From Lepidodermella squamata (lineage: Eukaryota > Animalia > Gastrotricha): a stretch of 64,000 bases of DNA. Position 1 is the stretch's first letter; each line of letters starts with the position of its first letter. Positions 28,971 through 42,182 of this stretch are shown here, one piece after another. The translations under genes and the position numbers were made by a program. Where the stretch lies: assembly GCA_047495785.1 (NCBI GenBank), contig JBLDXI010000003.1, forward strand, positions 1,736,001 to 1,800,000. Reading direction: 5' to 3'. The notes beneath the pieces are model-generated. The model was not told the DNA's origin and searched no databases. It saw nothing but the letters and a program-made list of their open reading frames with translations.

Positions 28971-30256
28971 ATGTATCTTTTCAGCTTCAACCTTCGGGAA
29001 AGGTTGGCAGTTTCAGTTGCAATTATCCTTCTGCTCTGCTACTTTTACTGTGGAAAAGACTTTACTAATGAGAAAGCAGCTCAATCGCCTAATTCCAGGA
29101 TCGCGGGTTCATCTGAGCGGGTTGTTTGTGATGAAACTCAACTTTGGACGAGCAATCTTGAGCTGTACCTGTCAACACCAACCGATGCCGGATCTAAGAA
29201 GGAGAACACGGAGTTACTACTGCCCTCGCTCACCCTATTCTGGCCGATGTCCCAACCTCTGAATCTGGTCATAATCGGCGATAAAGAGGACCCGAAGGCT
29301 CCGGCGTTTCTTGACGACCTGGCAAATGTAACACGACAGCTTCGCCCCGAAAACGTCATCATAAGGAAGATGTTGAACGAGAAGGCCTTCCCTACAAATG
29401 GCTGGCACAGGGCTCAATGGATGAAGCTGTGGGCCGATAATTTTACGAAAGCAGAATTTGTTGGCTTCATGGACACGGACACGGTTTTCACGGCACAAGT
29501 CACTCAGCGTGACCTATTTGTTGATGGCAAACCGATTGTTAGGCCAAAGTACGGCAAGCCTTCAGCAGTTTGGAGCGGATGGCAGATAGTTCCGTCTCAA
29601 AATCACAAATTACTCGGGATGAAAGGTAAATTGTAGCATGTCATGCATCATATTATAATGGTTTCTTTGCAGAAATGTTCAACTGCATGTCATACTTTCC
29701 GGTCGTGATCAAAACAAAGCATTTGGCCACTGTTCGAGAGACAATCATGAAAGCAAATGGGAAGACGTATTTCGACGCAGCTTTGGTTGGTATGTCAAAC
29801 TTCGCCGAGTACAGCTTGATGTGCAATGTTCTCTGGAAATTTTTCCGCGACGAGTACTTCTGGGTGATAGGCGAAACGGAACTGGGATGGACAGGCCCGG
29901 TGCCACCTGGGCAGGTCGCCTCTTTGCAAGAAGCTGGCATTCCACCGGAAATGATGAATCACCAACGGCCAAATGTTGCATTTCACTGGACTTATTATCG
30001 AGGAAACTCAAAGAAGGATGAATATCTAACTGTATTGCGAAAAGGATACTGCTACTCCTTAACGCAGGCTGAGGAGCAGCCTGAGTTTTGCTCACGTTAC
30101 AATAGGTTTACTAGTATCAATGAATATCAATTTCAATTTGAATGGCAAGATTTCTCTCAACGCAATGGCACTTACGAGGCGCATATGCTGCGTTTGAAAG
30201 AACTAGAAGGTTGCCCTCACACTTGGAATAAATTGAGAGTTGCAACTTTGAAATAA
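28971..30256 (+). CDS. Type II membrane DxD glycosyltransferase-like protein (DUF6492-like), intron 29626-29672
   Basis: N-terminal TM anchor; GWHRAQWMKLWAD...FVGFMDTDTVF...DLFVDGKP; splicing joins the two ORFs in frame. Confidence 0.7.
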
Positions 30257-30694
30257 ACCATGTCATGGATTCTTTGTTTAATAGCCCACTAGTTCCGATA
30301 TTTTCACTTCAGTTTGATGTGTCTGTGTTTATCTAAGTGTTAATGTCTGAGGCATATGATTTGGCGCCGCTACATACTTGCCCGGAGACAGCTCCTACAC
30401 TTGTCTGACCTGCGTGAATCGGACGCCGCAATGTCACTCAGCAGAAGCCTCGCGATTATCTTCGCTCGATCTATTCTCAGAACAAAGAGTGCTGTCGGAA
30501 ATTGATTTGCACGCTGTGTCAAGATTTCGGCTTAGATGAACACCTCGTATTCGTGCTGAACATATTGGGCTCGTCTTTCAAAAAAGCTCTGGTGATGCTC
30601 AATGTCGTTCTCCAGCCTCCGTTTCCTGGGGCAAGAACTATGTAAAATTTATGTCCATTTGCGCCTTTTATCGCAAATATTATTTTCCGGCAAC

Positions 30695-33097
30695 ATGCAA
30701 ATCAAGCTGCTTCTACTTCTCGGCTTTGCATTCCTGGCAACGGCTCAAAACACTGTCCAGACTAAGCCATACAGACTGGTAGTGTTGTCTCTCAATCTCT
30801 TCACTGGTTTCGAGCCTCGAGACAGCCAACTATGTAAAGCTGCCCAGATTATGGTAGTTGATGCTGTGAACAATCGATCGGACCTGCTGCCGAACTATCA
30901 CATCGAACTCGATTTCCAGAACGAAGCAGCCGCCGGGGCGCTATCTGTCAGCCAGGCCATTCGCCACATCTGGAGGCTTGAGGAGCGCGAAAACAATGAA
31001 CCTAACGTCTACCAAGCTCCTTTGAATATGGGCCCTTTTGTCACGGGTGGTTGCAAATCTTGGGGGAGAACAGCCCACCACGCAAATATGGTCGTTATCT
31101 CAGCGTCATGCCAAACTCCATCGCAAACAGCTCGGCGAGATGTGTACCCCAACTTCTATAGGATCCGATGCCCGGGAGAGCTAATCGTTACCTCAAGGTA
31201 CTACTTCATTCGGCGACTGACAAACTGGAGGAGAATCGCTATTCTAATGAACAACAACGCTAATCCTTTCAACATCGAAATGGCCTCATTCGGACAGAAA
31301 GTTGCGTTATCAAACGAAATCGACGTTGCAAGCTTCGAGGCGAGCCTAAATTTTGATGATGACACTATGGCTTCGTTGAAGAAGGCAGATATCCGCGTAT
31401 TCTCCGTGGACAGTGGCGAGGCTGATGGAGCTCTTCGTTTCCTATGCCAGGCCTTTCGGGCTGGAATAACCGGGAAGAAGTATTTCTTCCTGTTCCAAAT
31501 GCCGAACTACGTCCCACCCTCCACTATGAAGGACGAGCTGTACCCTGGCTGTTCTCGCCAGATGATCATCGAACAGTTCAAGACAACCATGTTTGTCGGC
31601 TCGCCGTATGAGACGATAGATCGGCATAACAAACCTTCCCTTCTCGGGGATACGCTAGATAGTTTCGATCAGAAGTTCGATGCCTACGCGAATAAGGCAC
31701 GAACTGCTGATTACGACACGAGGCAAACTTGCTACGACCGAGCTTTGACAGCCTTGGTAGTTTTGAATGAAACTGAGAACGAATTAGCGAAATGGAACAT
31801 GTCCCTCAGAGACTACCGAAGATTTCCGCAGCAAGTCATGGCCGCGACGAATAGAAGTGCAGCTAATATGAAGTTTCGAAGCTTGCGATTTGACGCTCCG
31901 TTCTATCTTTCACCCCGTCTTGAATTTGATACTGAGCCAATGTTTGCAGCATTATGGTCAGAAAGTAGGGGGCTGTATTTCACGCACAGAATTCGGTGCC
32001 GGGACAACGCAAGTGCTAATGATTTGAAGAACTACTACCACGAAGAAATCGAGCCTATAACTGTCAATTTCCCCAACGATCGAGCCACAATCATCAACGA
32101 AATTGTAGAAGTTCCAACTTCAGCTTTTGCTGTAATAACATCGGTCGCTTCCCTATCGGCTTTGGCTAAGTTTTCGGTGTTCGGCTGGGTCTTCTTCAAG
32201 AAGGAAATTTCGATTTCGAAGGCTTTCCTCACTAGCGGCTGCCTGGTTTTGGATGGAGCGGCGATTTCTGTTGGCGTAACGAATGATTTGACTACTACGC
32301 CATGCTGTATCGTTCAGGCTTTTCTTGTAACTATTGGGATCTGTTTACTACATGGGACAATTGGCTTTTGCTTGAATTCACTTGTCCTCGGGCGAACCCA
32401 AACCCCAGTAAGATCTTTCAATGCTTTGGTACAGAATTCAGCTGCAGATGAGTCTAAAGTCAGTGTTGCGTCTAAGGGAGCATCTCAAGTAACTGCAGCT
32501 TCAAGAAACAGTCGAAAATCGAACGGACCTGCGCAAGCTGGAACAGTTCTGGGGAAGTTGGATAAATTGAAGGCCAAGAAGATTTTTATCCAATCACTAA
32601 GTTTCTTCGTTGTTGTAAACGTGGTTCTTCTCATTGTTTGGCTCGTAGTTTTCCCTTTAACATCGGTTACTAAGGTCCTACCTGGGACAGTTGTCTATTC
32701 CGAGGAGAGTGATACTATCACCCAGAAATGGAGTACGATCTGCAAATCTGAGGACGGCGTTCATACCTATTGGACGCTCGCTCTAATTTTGCTGAATTTA
32801 GCCCCGCTTTTCATTGGCATCATCCGGGCAATGCAGCTAAGATCTTCGCGTAATCAAGAAGCTGCTATATGCCGAATGGCGCTTATCATCTGCATCACGC
32901 TTTACATTGGGACTGTAGCTGCTGTTTTCAGCGCCTCGTCTATTTCAGCTCAGCGATTGATTGCAGCTGTGGCTATGCTTCTCGCTTCGTTGGCTGTCAC
33001 CTGCGCGACGTTTTTCCGCGACTTCATAAAAGCGTCCGCTGCTCCAGTTTCTGCAGTCTTGCCAAGTCGCGGAAGTCACGCTGTGACGAACGATTGA
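30695..33097 (+). CDS. Intronless divergent class C (GABA-B-like) GPCR: signal peptide, Venus-flytrap-like domain, 7TM
   Basis: AVNNRSDLLPNYHI, YPNFYRI, WRRIAIL are periplasmic-binding/ANF-receptor motifs; hydrophobic helices in the C-terminal third; no Cys-rich domain. Confidence 0.75.
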   Translation: MQIKLLLLLGFAFLATAQNTVQTKPYRLVVLSLNLFTGFEPRDSQLCKAAQIMVVDAVNNRSDLLPNYHIELDFQNEAAAGALSVSQAIRHIWRLEERENNEPNVYQAPLNMGPFVTGGCKSWGRTAHHANMVVISASCQTPSQTARRDVYPNFYRIRCPGELIVTSRYYFIRRLTNWRRIAILMNNNANPFNIEMASFGQKVALSNEIDVASFEASLNFDDDTMASLKKADIRVFSVDSGEADGALRFLCQAFRAGITGKKYFFLFQMPNYVPPSTMKDELYPGCSRQMIIEQFKTTMFVGSPYETIDRHNKPSLLGDTLDSFDQKFDAYANKARTADYDTRQTCYDRALTALVVLNETENELAKWNMSLRDYRRFPQQVMAATNRSAANMKFRSLRFDAPFYLSPRLEFDTEPMFAALWSESRGLYFTHRIRCRDNASANDLKNYYHEEIEPITVNFPNDRATIINEIVEVPTSAFAVITSVASLSALAKFSVFGWVFFKKEISISKAFLTSGCLVLDGAAISVGVTNDLTTTPCCIVQAFLVTIGICLLHGTIGFCLNSLVLGRTQTPVRSFNALVQNSAADESKVSVASKGASQVTAASRNSRKSNGPAQAGTVLGKLDKLKAKKIFIQSLSFFVVVNVVLLIVWLVVFPLTSVTKVLPGTVVYSEESDTITQKWSTICKSEDGVHTYWTLALILLNLAPLFIGIIRAMQLRSSRNQEAAICRMALIICITLYIGTVAAVFSASSISAQRLIAAVAMLLASLAVTCATFFRDFIKASAAPVSAVLPSRGSHAVTND

Positions 33098-33829
33098 ATT
33101 TCTTGATAACAGGTCCAGACAGGTCAAAATAATCTCCTATTTCCTAGCAATCGCGACAGGATTCTCGTGGATGTTTTTATATCAGTATCGTCTTCTTTAT
33201 TCTATGAAATTGTACACCCCATTTTCGGTTGGACAGTGTTTAAATATTGTGCTCGAATAAAATGCTGGCTCTGAAGGAAGAGAAATACTTCAATTAAAAG
33301 TAGTGAATTAAATCGACCTCAAATCAAGCGGGCAGTAGGAAGTGCAGCAGGGGTCAACATTTCGAACTTTAATGGTTTGCATTCTAACAACTGAAATGAA
33401 TTCTCAATCATCACGCGGAAACTGAATTAATCAGTGGTTTGGGAAATTAAAGATCTCGAATGTCATATGCTCGGTGTGGCTTTTGAAGGGAAGAAGTTGA
33501 GGAATCTTTCACGGTTTTGAGGCAGTAATCGAGTTAATTCACGAAACAAAAGTTAAGGATTCCTGCATTCATCTTCAGTTTCCCGATTCGAAATTCGGAA
33601 CATCAGAACTTCGACTTCATACGGTCATTCGTACAGGAAAAGTGTTTCTGTATTCCTTTCCATCCAGGATTGCTTAGCTCTGGAATCGTTCTCAGTCATT
33701 TTTCGCAGCGTCTGAGAGTAACAATTTCCTCTAGCCATCCCACTTCCGTGTAGATTAGACAGACAAAAACAGGATTCTCTGAAACTGAAGTCATGCCCTC
33801 AAGGAAACGCGAAGGAGAACGGAAGGCTG

Positions 33830-34082
33830 TCTACAGACATCATCGATTATCTTTACCTATGTGCCATCGTGACTGCTATAAATTTTCCTTCAATCGCCGA
33901 TTTATCAATTTGTGGAATAGCCTACCATATGATGTTGTTACTGGTTCAATTAATAATTTCAAGACATACGTTGCTAGTTTGGATAGAACAAAATTCTTAA
34001 TTTCTACAGTGAGACGCCTTTAATTGCTACCGATCGTTCGATCAATTGCAAGTCGTATAAAATAAATAAATAATAAATAAAT
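33830..34082 (+). mobile_element. 3' fragment of a CR1/L2-group LINE
   Basis: FSFNRRFINLWNSLP..VV..SINNFK ORF2 C-terminal motif followed by a (TAAA)n tail. Confidence 0.7.
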
Positions 34083-35114
34083 CATCGCTAACGTGTTCAA
34101 TAAATGCTGAAAAGTGTGAAAGACGCTTTTGTTAAATGGCAGTCAACAACTTTCCCTGGCTTTTCCGGATTTTCAGCAGACAGGACAAAATAAGGCATTT
34201 CACGACAGTTGTTCACAGACATAAAACTGCCTACAATTACTTCATTGAAAATTGCCGTAACCCAGGATAACTTTGGACGAAAATTAATCCGAACTTTTTA
34301 CTTAGTCTTCATCAACCTAGCTTTTCTTTATACTATCTCACATCGACTGGAGAATTACAAATTACGTTCAAGGCATAAATAGATACTTAATACAGAATCG
34401 CTTAGTATCATACAATCCAGTGGGATTACGCCGCAAGTTTCAAGAAAGTGTAGTTCTTGCATGAATAATTTTCAACGTTTCAAGTCTTGCAAGCAAAGCG
34501 CCATGTTTCGATCGAAATATGCGAACGGATTGTACACCTTGACCTGAAGAAAACACAAAAAACTGAAGATGGGGATACGAGCCGACTATATAGGCTAACC
34601 TGTGTCTCTGACGTACCGCATTTCCCATCGCACTTGTATTTTTTCGTCGCAGCGTCGTAGCAGAGCCTAACGTTCTAGAATTGTACCAATAATTTGCGGA
34701 TATTTTCGGTAGTACTGAAATTTAAAATTACGCCTTTCGAGCATGTCGAATCGGAGAAGTACGGATCGAAACTTCGAAGTGTAAATTCGCCAGGCGAGCA
34801 GATGCGTTTACAGCCGACGAATTTGTTGTCAGATACAAGAGCACAGCGTACAAGAATTTCGGCTGTAATTAATAACAGATACTTAGGTTGGCGTGAAACC
34901 AGTCGGTTGAAATTGAAGATTAAGAAGTTTAAGCGCACCCAAGATCTCATTATTGGGCGTCGCTGGACACCTTGGTTACCGTTGAGATAATGCGTTCTCA
35001 TACAAATTATACGCCATTGTTTAGCGATGAACAAGTTTTACCATCTTTTCAAATCAGTTATAGGAACGGTGCGCCAAGTACCGGTGGATGGGGAGTATCC
35101 CCCGAAAATATCCA

Positions 35115-38100
35115 CTAGCTCAAGGATCTTACTTCGTGCACTGCAAGATAAACTGGGTAGAAATATGCAAACTTACAGCAACCTCCCGGGCTGTTGCAGG
35201 GCGACTGTGTTCCATTGACTTTGCAAGCTAGTGTTGTCGAGAAGCGGCATGCGTTTTTAGAAGCAGCAACATTCTGCCTCGGGTGGAGAAAGCCGTCAAA
35301 GGCAGTAGGGTAGGCATCGCACTTCCGGCCCATCTTGTCTTTGTTCAGCTCGAAGCCTTCGTAATCCGTGTTGAACTGCGACAGTGTGCACTCTTTCTCG
35401 AATTCGGTCGCTTTTTGGCCTGGACATGTGGCGTAGGCGATGAGTTTAGCTGGCGATGATGAGCCCTGACTTTCGGCATGGTAGTGCACGATCGCTTGGT
35501 TGTCGTCTGTTACGAAAACTCGCCCAGTTGATGCTAAATCCGAGCAGAATCTTGCAAGAAAAAAACGGGATTCCGCTCAAAATATGCTGTTTAGTCAACA
35601 AACTTGAAGCCAGGGTATCCAAGATTGCCGAAGCCGCGGATCATGATAAAATCCGCACATTGTCGCTCAGCTGAATAAAAAACAATAGTTCAGCAATAAC
35701 GCGAAGGAATGATTAAGTTCTGAATTATTTCACAATTTCAAATTTTCTTCAATTCTCAGTTCTCTATGAGGCATAAGTTTTTAAAAGAACCAGCGACTTG
35801 CATGCAAAAGGACAAGGGGCGCCAAGATGGAAAATTGGCCCAAAAAATAATGAAATGAAAAAATACCATCATTTAGAGTTTTTATTCTGAATCTATTAGT
35901 CCATTGCCACTATCGCGTAAGAGCTACGCAGAATTATCTGTGAGCGTGTAAAGATGTAACTTTTTGACAACTTGGCGCAGCGGAAAGCGATGATTTTCGT
36001 TGCGATAAACATGAGGAAAAACTTGACGAAGAAAAAATGCGCCTTTTATACCTTCACATAATTTTCAAATACTGTAGTTACCGAAATACTAACCCGGGCT
36101 TATACAAAAATGATAACTCGAAAAAATGGGGAAAGTAGGCTAATATTCAAGACTAGGCTCCTATTCGAGATAGGCTTTATTTTCCGTCTTTTAGCCATCA
36201 AAAGTTTAGATTTTTAGTTATTAGCTAGGTCGTCTCTAATGGCTGAAAATGAGAAATGATAAGGAAATCTACTGCAAGAATCATTGTGAATTGCAGATTA
36301 TTAAATATCTTTAACATTTTTCGTATTTAAATACCGTTCAGCGCAGCAGAGCACTCGTTTCGAACGTGACGTAGTAGCCCAGGCTACTATTCGAGATCGT
36401 ATAGTCAGTGATCCGACTAGGTCCAGCTCTGAGGGGAGTAAATCGAGCCATTTTAAGCCCAACATTTGCAAATCAACAGGGGGGTTTGTTTAGTTGCTAA
36501 GTTTCGTATTTTTGACGTTTGGGGACGGTTTTTGAATTTTTTGTCATCTTCAGCAATTTGTTTCTCCCATTTGCACTCCTCATCTGTTCAAGATGGCGTG
36601 CCCTAGTTCGTAAACTGCAGCTCGCGGACTATTTCTAGATTTTTTCTAGCCAAAAACTGAACATTTTGCCGCATGCTTAGCGCCCTACTTTGGGCCGATT
36701 CCTTGAACAAGTTTTTAGTTACGCTTGCCCTATTTTTCAAATTTTCATTAATTTAATTTTTAATTTTTCGAACTTGTTCAATTTTTCAATTAAAAAAAAC
36801 AATGTTCACGCTAAATGTCTCACCTTCATCGATAGTTGCTAAGTTTAGGGGTGATTCGAATGCAAAAATGAGGCCGCCGCCTGTGCTCTGTAAAATATGA
36901 ATAATCAATTGAGAGAATTACAACTTGTCAGGTATCCTCAACCGTTTTTACGCGCCAATAACAATCTCTAGCGCGAGGAGTTCCTTCGGCGAAGGTCAGA
37001 ACGGTCTTCGTGCAAGCTGTAACATCGATTTCCCCGCCGCAATCCGCTGGACTCGAGGTGGCTATCGTCTGACACAGCGGCCCGCCTAGTCCTGGCTGGC
37101 AGTTGCACTGAGAGCAAGATATTGTATAACCGCCATTACTATAGCAAGGTAGCGGTAAACACGAGTTCAAAACTGGAAGAAATAGTTCAACTCCAAGCAT
37201 TTGTTTGTATCGGAAATATACCGGGGCAAGAAAATGCCGTATTCAGCTTGTATGCATCGTAGAAGGAGAGGCGAACTTTTTGAAATACTGAATTTCTGTA
37301 CCGCCCGTCGATTGGCTCGTAAAGCCTCGCCGTTGGGTTGAAAACGTTATGCGGATTGAACAGTGATTCGTAGTCGAAGCGCTCAAAGAAACTCCAAAAC
37401 ATCAGATTTTTATCATGCCTTGAATTAAATACATAATTTATTTAATTATAAATTATATCAAAATTTGTTGTTAATTCGATGATTAGGAATTAGGAATTAG
37501 GATAATTTAGAGCTTTCATTCGGAAATTCGGAAATTTTCCAAGAATTGTATGTGATCGGAATTTTATTGGGATTTTTCTAGATTGATAGTTCGATGAAGC
37601 TGAAAAATTTGCGATTATATAGGCCCACCTGCTATAGGTATAAAAGGTTATTTTAATTTTTCATCAAATTTCCAAATTTCGCATTCCCTCTCAAATAACT
37701 TTCAATAAAACTTAATTCAGAAAAAATTGATAAGCTGCGCTGAAAACATACGGAGCTGGTTGACCAGGAATGGAATTGAATGTGACATATTTATCGCGAT
37801 CGTTACGCCTGATTTCGTATGTGAAGCCGAAAATGAAACCAATACGGCTGATGACATCAGCATACTGCAACGAAAATCGCACTAACTCGTATGACGATGT
37901 ATTTAGGATAAGAATTTAAACTCACAGCCAAAGGTGGGCCAGCTACGACATTTATCAGTTTCGGCCCGAAATCAATCGAATGATACGATACGTTTCGCCT
38001 GAAATAAGAAATAATCAATTGATTATCTGTATTCCGGGGAAAATTAATTCTACTTGTCATCTATGAACATGATCGTAGTGAAATCAGAGGAATAAGGATA

Positions 38101-39919
38101 GCCAAGCTGTTCGGTAAATTTGATGCAGGTCGCTGCTTCTATCATCGCCATTGCCTTCAAAGCAACTCGTTTGCCATCTTCCCCTTCAAATAATATCAAA
38201 AAATATGTTATTTCAAACTCCATGTTGCTATTTTTGACCGCGAAAATGTCGGTAATAATTCAAACAAATTCAATGTGAAATATTAAAAGAGGAAATGCGA
38301 GGCGACCGATCGAACGCCTTCATGATTGTTTTTTTTCGTTAATTTCAAGTGAAGTAAAAGTTATTCCAATTCCTTTACTCGCCATCGTCTTATAAAACAG
38401 ACCATTTTGTAATTAAGCAAGTTTTTTTAGGAAATATTTCGAAATGTAGCCCACTGGGGGAACCTTCCATCGATTTTACCGAGGAAATTAAAAATTCACC
38501 GGAATAAAAATGATGAAAACCCCGATAGTAACTTGTTCCGCTATTTTCGGTTTTTAAGCTGGTCACATTTTTTGGATTATAGTCATTTTAGAATTTTAGG
38601 ATGTTTCTGGTCAAAGTCATGTCGCCCAATGAAATGACTTTGAAAATTTCAGTATTTTTTTAAATGACACATTCTATTAGCTAATTATTGTCGTGTGCTA
38701 TATTTTGACCTTCAAGTGCTAACTTTCTGGCAAATTTTAAGAATTTTGATAACTAACTGTGGATAATAGGCAAATAAAGACTAAAAATTTGTAAGATTTT
38801 GTAAATTTATGAGGAATACCGTAGTGTGGGGTAACTTGACCGGGAGGTAACTTGGCCGGAAAAGTCGATTTACCATCGACATCACAGCTAAATCATAACT
38901 TTTCTCCGCGTTTTTTTCCATTGAGTCAATCTTTGGAACTTGCATGGGCTACATTGTGCACTTTTCCGAATTTTAAAATTGTTGACGATTCAAAATCGAT
39001 AATCGATAATAACTGATCGATTTTGATCGTTGAAACGTTGACATTAAAAATCTCGACATTGGGGAAGTTTCAGACGACGCTGTTTTCAGATTCGGAATCC
39101 TCTCGTTGAGATCTTTCAAAATACACCTCAAACTTGAAAATCTGTTGGCGGAAGCACGGAAAGTGAGTACTTGAAGTTTGTGGGGTAACTTGGCCGATTT
39201 TTAACGTGCGAAATGCGCACCAAAATTTGGCCTGGACTCGAGAGGGCGTGATGAATCATCGCCCTAGTTTCTGCCAGATGGTTCATCGCCAAGTGAAATA
39301 GCCATGCAGCCAAGTTACCCCACGCTCCGGCCAAGTTGCCCCACTTGGACCCGATGCTTCAAACCCAGATAAAACCGACCAGGAGCATCGGTTTTTGACG
39401 GGGTTTGCGGCTATCGCTAGATCATCAAACGAGGAATCTGCTGATATTAAATTTGCGGGGGTTTACGATAAAAGCTCGTTATGAGACGCCGAAAACTGGT
39501 TTTCCGGCCAAGTAACCCCACACTACGGTACTTCACTCTACCAAGAGAAAATGGAGAACATTTGAAATTGATTAAAATTGATTAATCACGAAGCCAAAAC
39601 CGTTTTATTTGTTTTGTAAAATTCGAAAAAATGATTTTTTTTTATAGAAATCGGGGAGAATCTCACCAATGTCGAGCGAAACTAAATCTTGGCCGGAGTG
39701 GTACTGAAAGAAGCTACCCCTAGCAAAGTGGTACGATATTTCCTTTGTCCACGGGAAATTAGCCGCGATGAATGGCTGAGCTGTGTTATTATCATAGCCA
39801 TCATCTGTGATTTTTGTGACAGCGTGATCTTCTGAAGTAACGCGAATTGTCATCTGCTCATAGCCATGAGCTGCTGATACAATTGTTAAAACTGGCAGAA
39901 TAAAAAGCTGGAAAATCAT
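35115..39919 (-). CDS. Multi-exon secreted astacin-fold + EGF + CUB protein lacking Zn-binding residues (3' exons uncertain)
   Basis: Signal peptide MIFQLFILPVLTIVSA; W...ISYHF, AMAMIEAATCIKF, GF.YE..RNDRDKYV, FDYES, LSFYDAYKLN...C; NGGY..CSQCNCQPGLGGPLC; CGG...CYWRV; PGF.FC. Confidence 0.75.
38819..39528. mobile_element. MITE, Tc1/pogo-like
   Basis: TA|CCGTAGTGTGGGGT.ACTTG ... CAAGTAACCCCACACTACGG|TA. Confidence 0.85.
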
Positions 39920-41105
39920 GATGGCTGATAAATGATTCTGAAAATCTGCCCTGAATAATCTCGAAATCAAATATGTTTCGCATCGATGAGCACGTGCTAG
40001 ACCGGCCACACGCGTTCAACCTTTACGCAATGAAAATAGTAAAGAAATCGCGTACAAGTATTAAAATGAAAATTGTATACGGTAAATTTGTTTCGACGTA
40101 TTTTTCTGTCAATTTCATTCAAAATGTTGTTCATTCAGCATTCAGAAAGAAATTGCGATTATTCCCAAACGAGGAGTCCCTCTGGTTTTATTTATTTTTC
40201 GCGCAAAAATCAATGACTATAGAATTACCTTGAATTTTGCTTATGATTCCGATCATTCGAATGTATTTAACACAAAGCGGTTGCGAGACTGATACACAAC
40301 ATGAGACATATTAAAAATTGTAAAATCACGTGAAATTTGCCAAGTCGAACGTCGATGGCAGTTGTAGCTGGTTTCGAGGTTTCTGAACATAATTATTTAG
40401 CAAGTTGCCATTCAAAATATGTACAATAACATCCCTTGAAAAAGGCAGCAAGAGCGGTTAGTTATTGGAGAGCGCATCCGGCGTTTTAATGAACAATGCG
40501 GATTGTTAGATCGTTCATGTTTCAACTGATAATTTTAAGATTTTAGTTTTAATGAGAAAGTACAGCAAGTGGATGGGTTCCACGAAATCACGTGTCTCTA
40601 ATATATGCTAATGATATGATAATGATGCGATGGCCTAATCGAAGAGTTGCGCATTATTCGGTAATTATCGCAAAAAATCTAGTCAACATCTCGTTTTTTT
40701 TAGATACATAATATTCAATTCAAATTAATAAATTTACGAAATCATCAACTTCTATTCCACCACTATTCAGATAATAATCAAGTATTATATAATTGCATAC
40801 CGTATGCCAATGAGCGTTTAAATTGCCTGCTAATTTTCGAACTTGATTCATCTCAATTTAAAAATGGTCAAACATCAGGTTAAATTCGTAAAATTCGAAA
40901 ACAATTGAAGACAAATTAGAAATCGCCTTACATACCTTCGTCTCTTATAGCATGATCTTCTGATTTAAGGCAAATTTTTGAAGCCTAGAAATGCACGATT
41001 TCGTCCAAAATAATTGTAAATTTTAATTTCTTGCTAATTTTTAAGCTTCATTGATTCAAGATTTGAGAATCACATCGATTGTTAAATTCGCAAAATTTCT
41101 TAACT

Positions 41106-41885
41106 ATGCCTGCAAAGCGACAACGCAGCAATGACGAAGGCACTGCTGAATCGAGTTCGAACGAGGTACGAGACAAGTCTCGTTTCCCCCTCGGCCGACC
41201 ACCGAAGCTGGCGTACAGCAGCTCGGAGGCAAAGCTTAATTACTTTCAAACGAAACCTAGGCAAAGTTCTACAAGCGTAAAAACGCCGCCAGCATCAAAT
41301 AAGGCACGCAAAACCATGAAAGCGATGGACCCGGGGAATGAAGCAGCTTCTTCGTCGGCGGAACCCGCCGCTCCTCAGAAAAACGTCCGTAAGGTATGTA
41401 CCTGGATCCGTAAAAAGCAATGTCATCAGCGTTTTCTACGAAAATCATGAAATCCGAAATATTTTACCGATTTTCGAACAATTAAATTAAATTAAATTAA
41501 TTTAATTATGGCTACAGCGATGCCTGTTTTAAAGGCTGTTCAAGGCTGTCGGACACAAAATAATAATAAATTGGTGATTATTCAGGTGTTACATTCCGAG
41601 GAGGAATCAAGTCAACGACAGGTTTGATTTTTTTAAATTAATCATTGCTTTTCTTACAATTGTGAATAATTTTAGCAAGACGTCCCGGAATCGGATAATC
41701 TCCACGGAACTGGGTCAAGCGCCACGCGTGAAAATGTGGATCAATTCGATGTGGATCAAATCGCGGCGAAATTCATGAATGATAAAAAATATGGTCTCAT
41801 GGGGATGACTTTGGAACTTTGGCTCCCAGGCCCCGATGGAAAATGCCATAAGGTGATAAAACGGTACGGCGTGGCTAAAGAATAA
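41106..41885 (+). CDS. Orphan low-complexity basic protein (exons 41106-41393, 41586-41621, 41676-41885)
   Basis: Phase-0 GT-AG introns give a continuous frame; N-terminal PAKRQR and GRPPK; AATAAA downstream. Confidence 0.5.
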
Positions 41886-42182
41886 GACAACGATTGAAGC
41901 AACCAGAACCTCTAACTGTTAATGGCTTAACTACACAACTCGAAAGAAGCTGCATTGTTAAAAACAAAATTGATTTTGTGTGTAAATAAATGAAATTTAT
42001 GAGCAAAAATGTTGTGATCTGAAAGCAGGGCTGAATATTTACTTTAAAAAATATCTCGCAAAACTGGATAATCGGGCTAGACCGTACAGGAAATGAAATT
42101 ACAGCACCTCATACCTATTGCTAGCTGGGAATCTGTTATATTTTTCTTTGTAAAGTCTGATTGAATTTTGAAGCTAGCGACC

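Noticed and set aside
38448-38560. Sequence shared with ~60503-60625 as a conserved regulatory element
   Set aside because: More simply a dispersed intronic transposon relic
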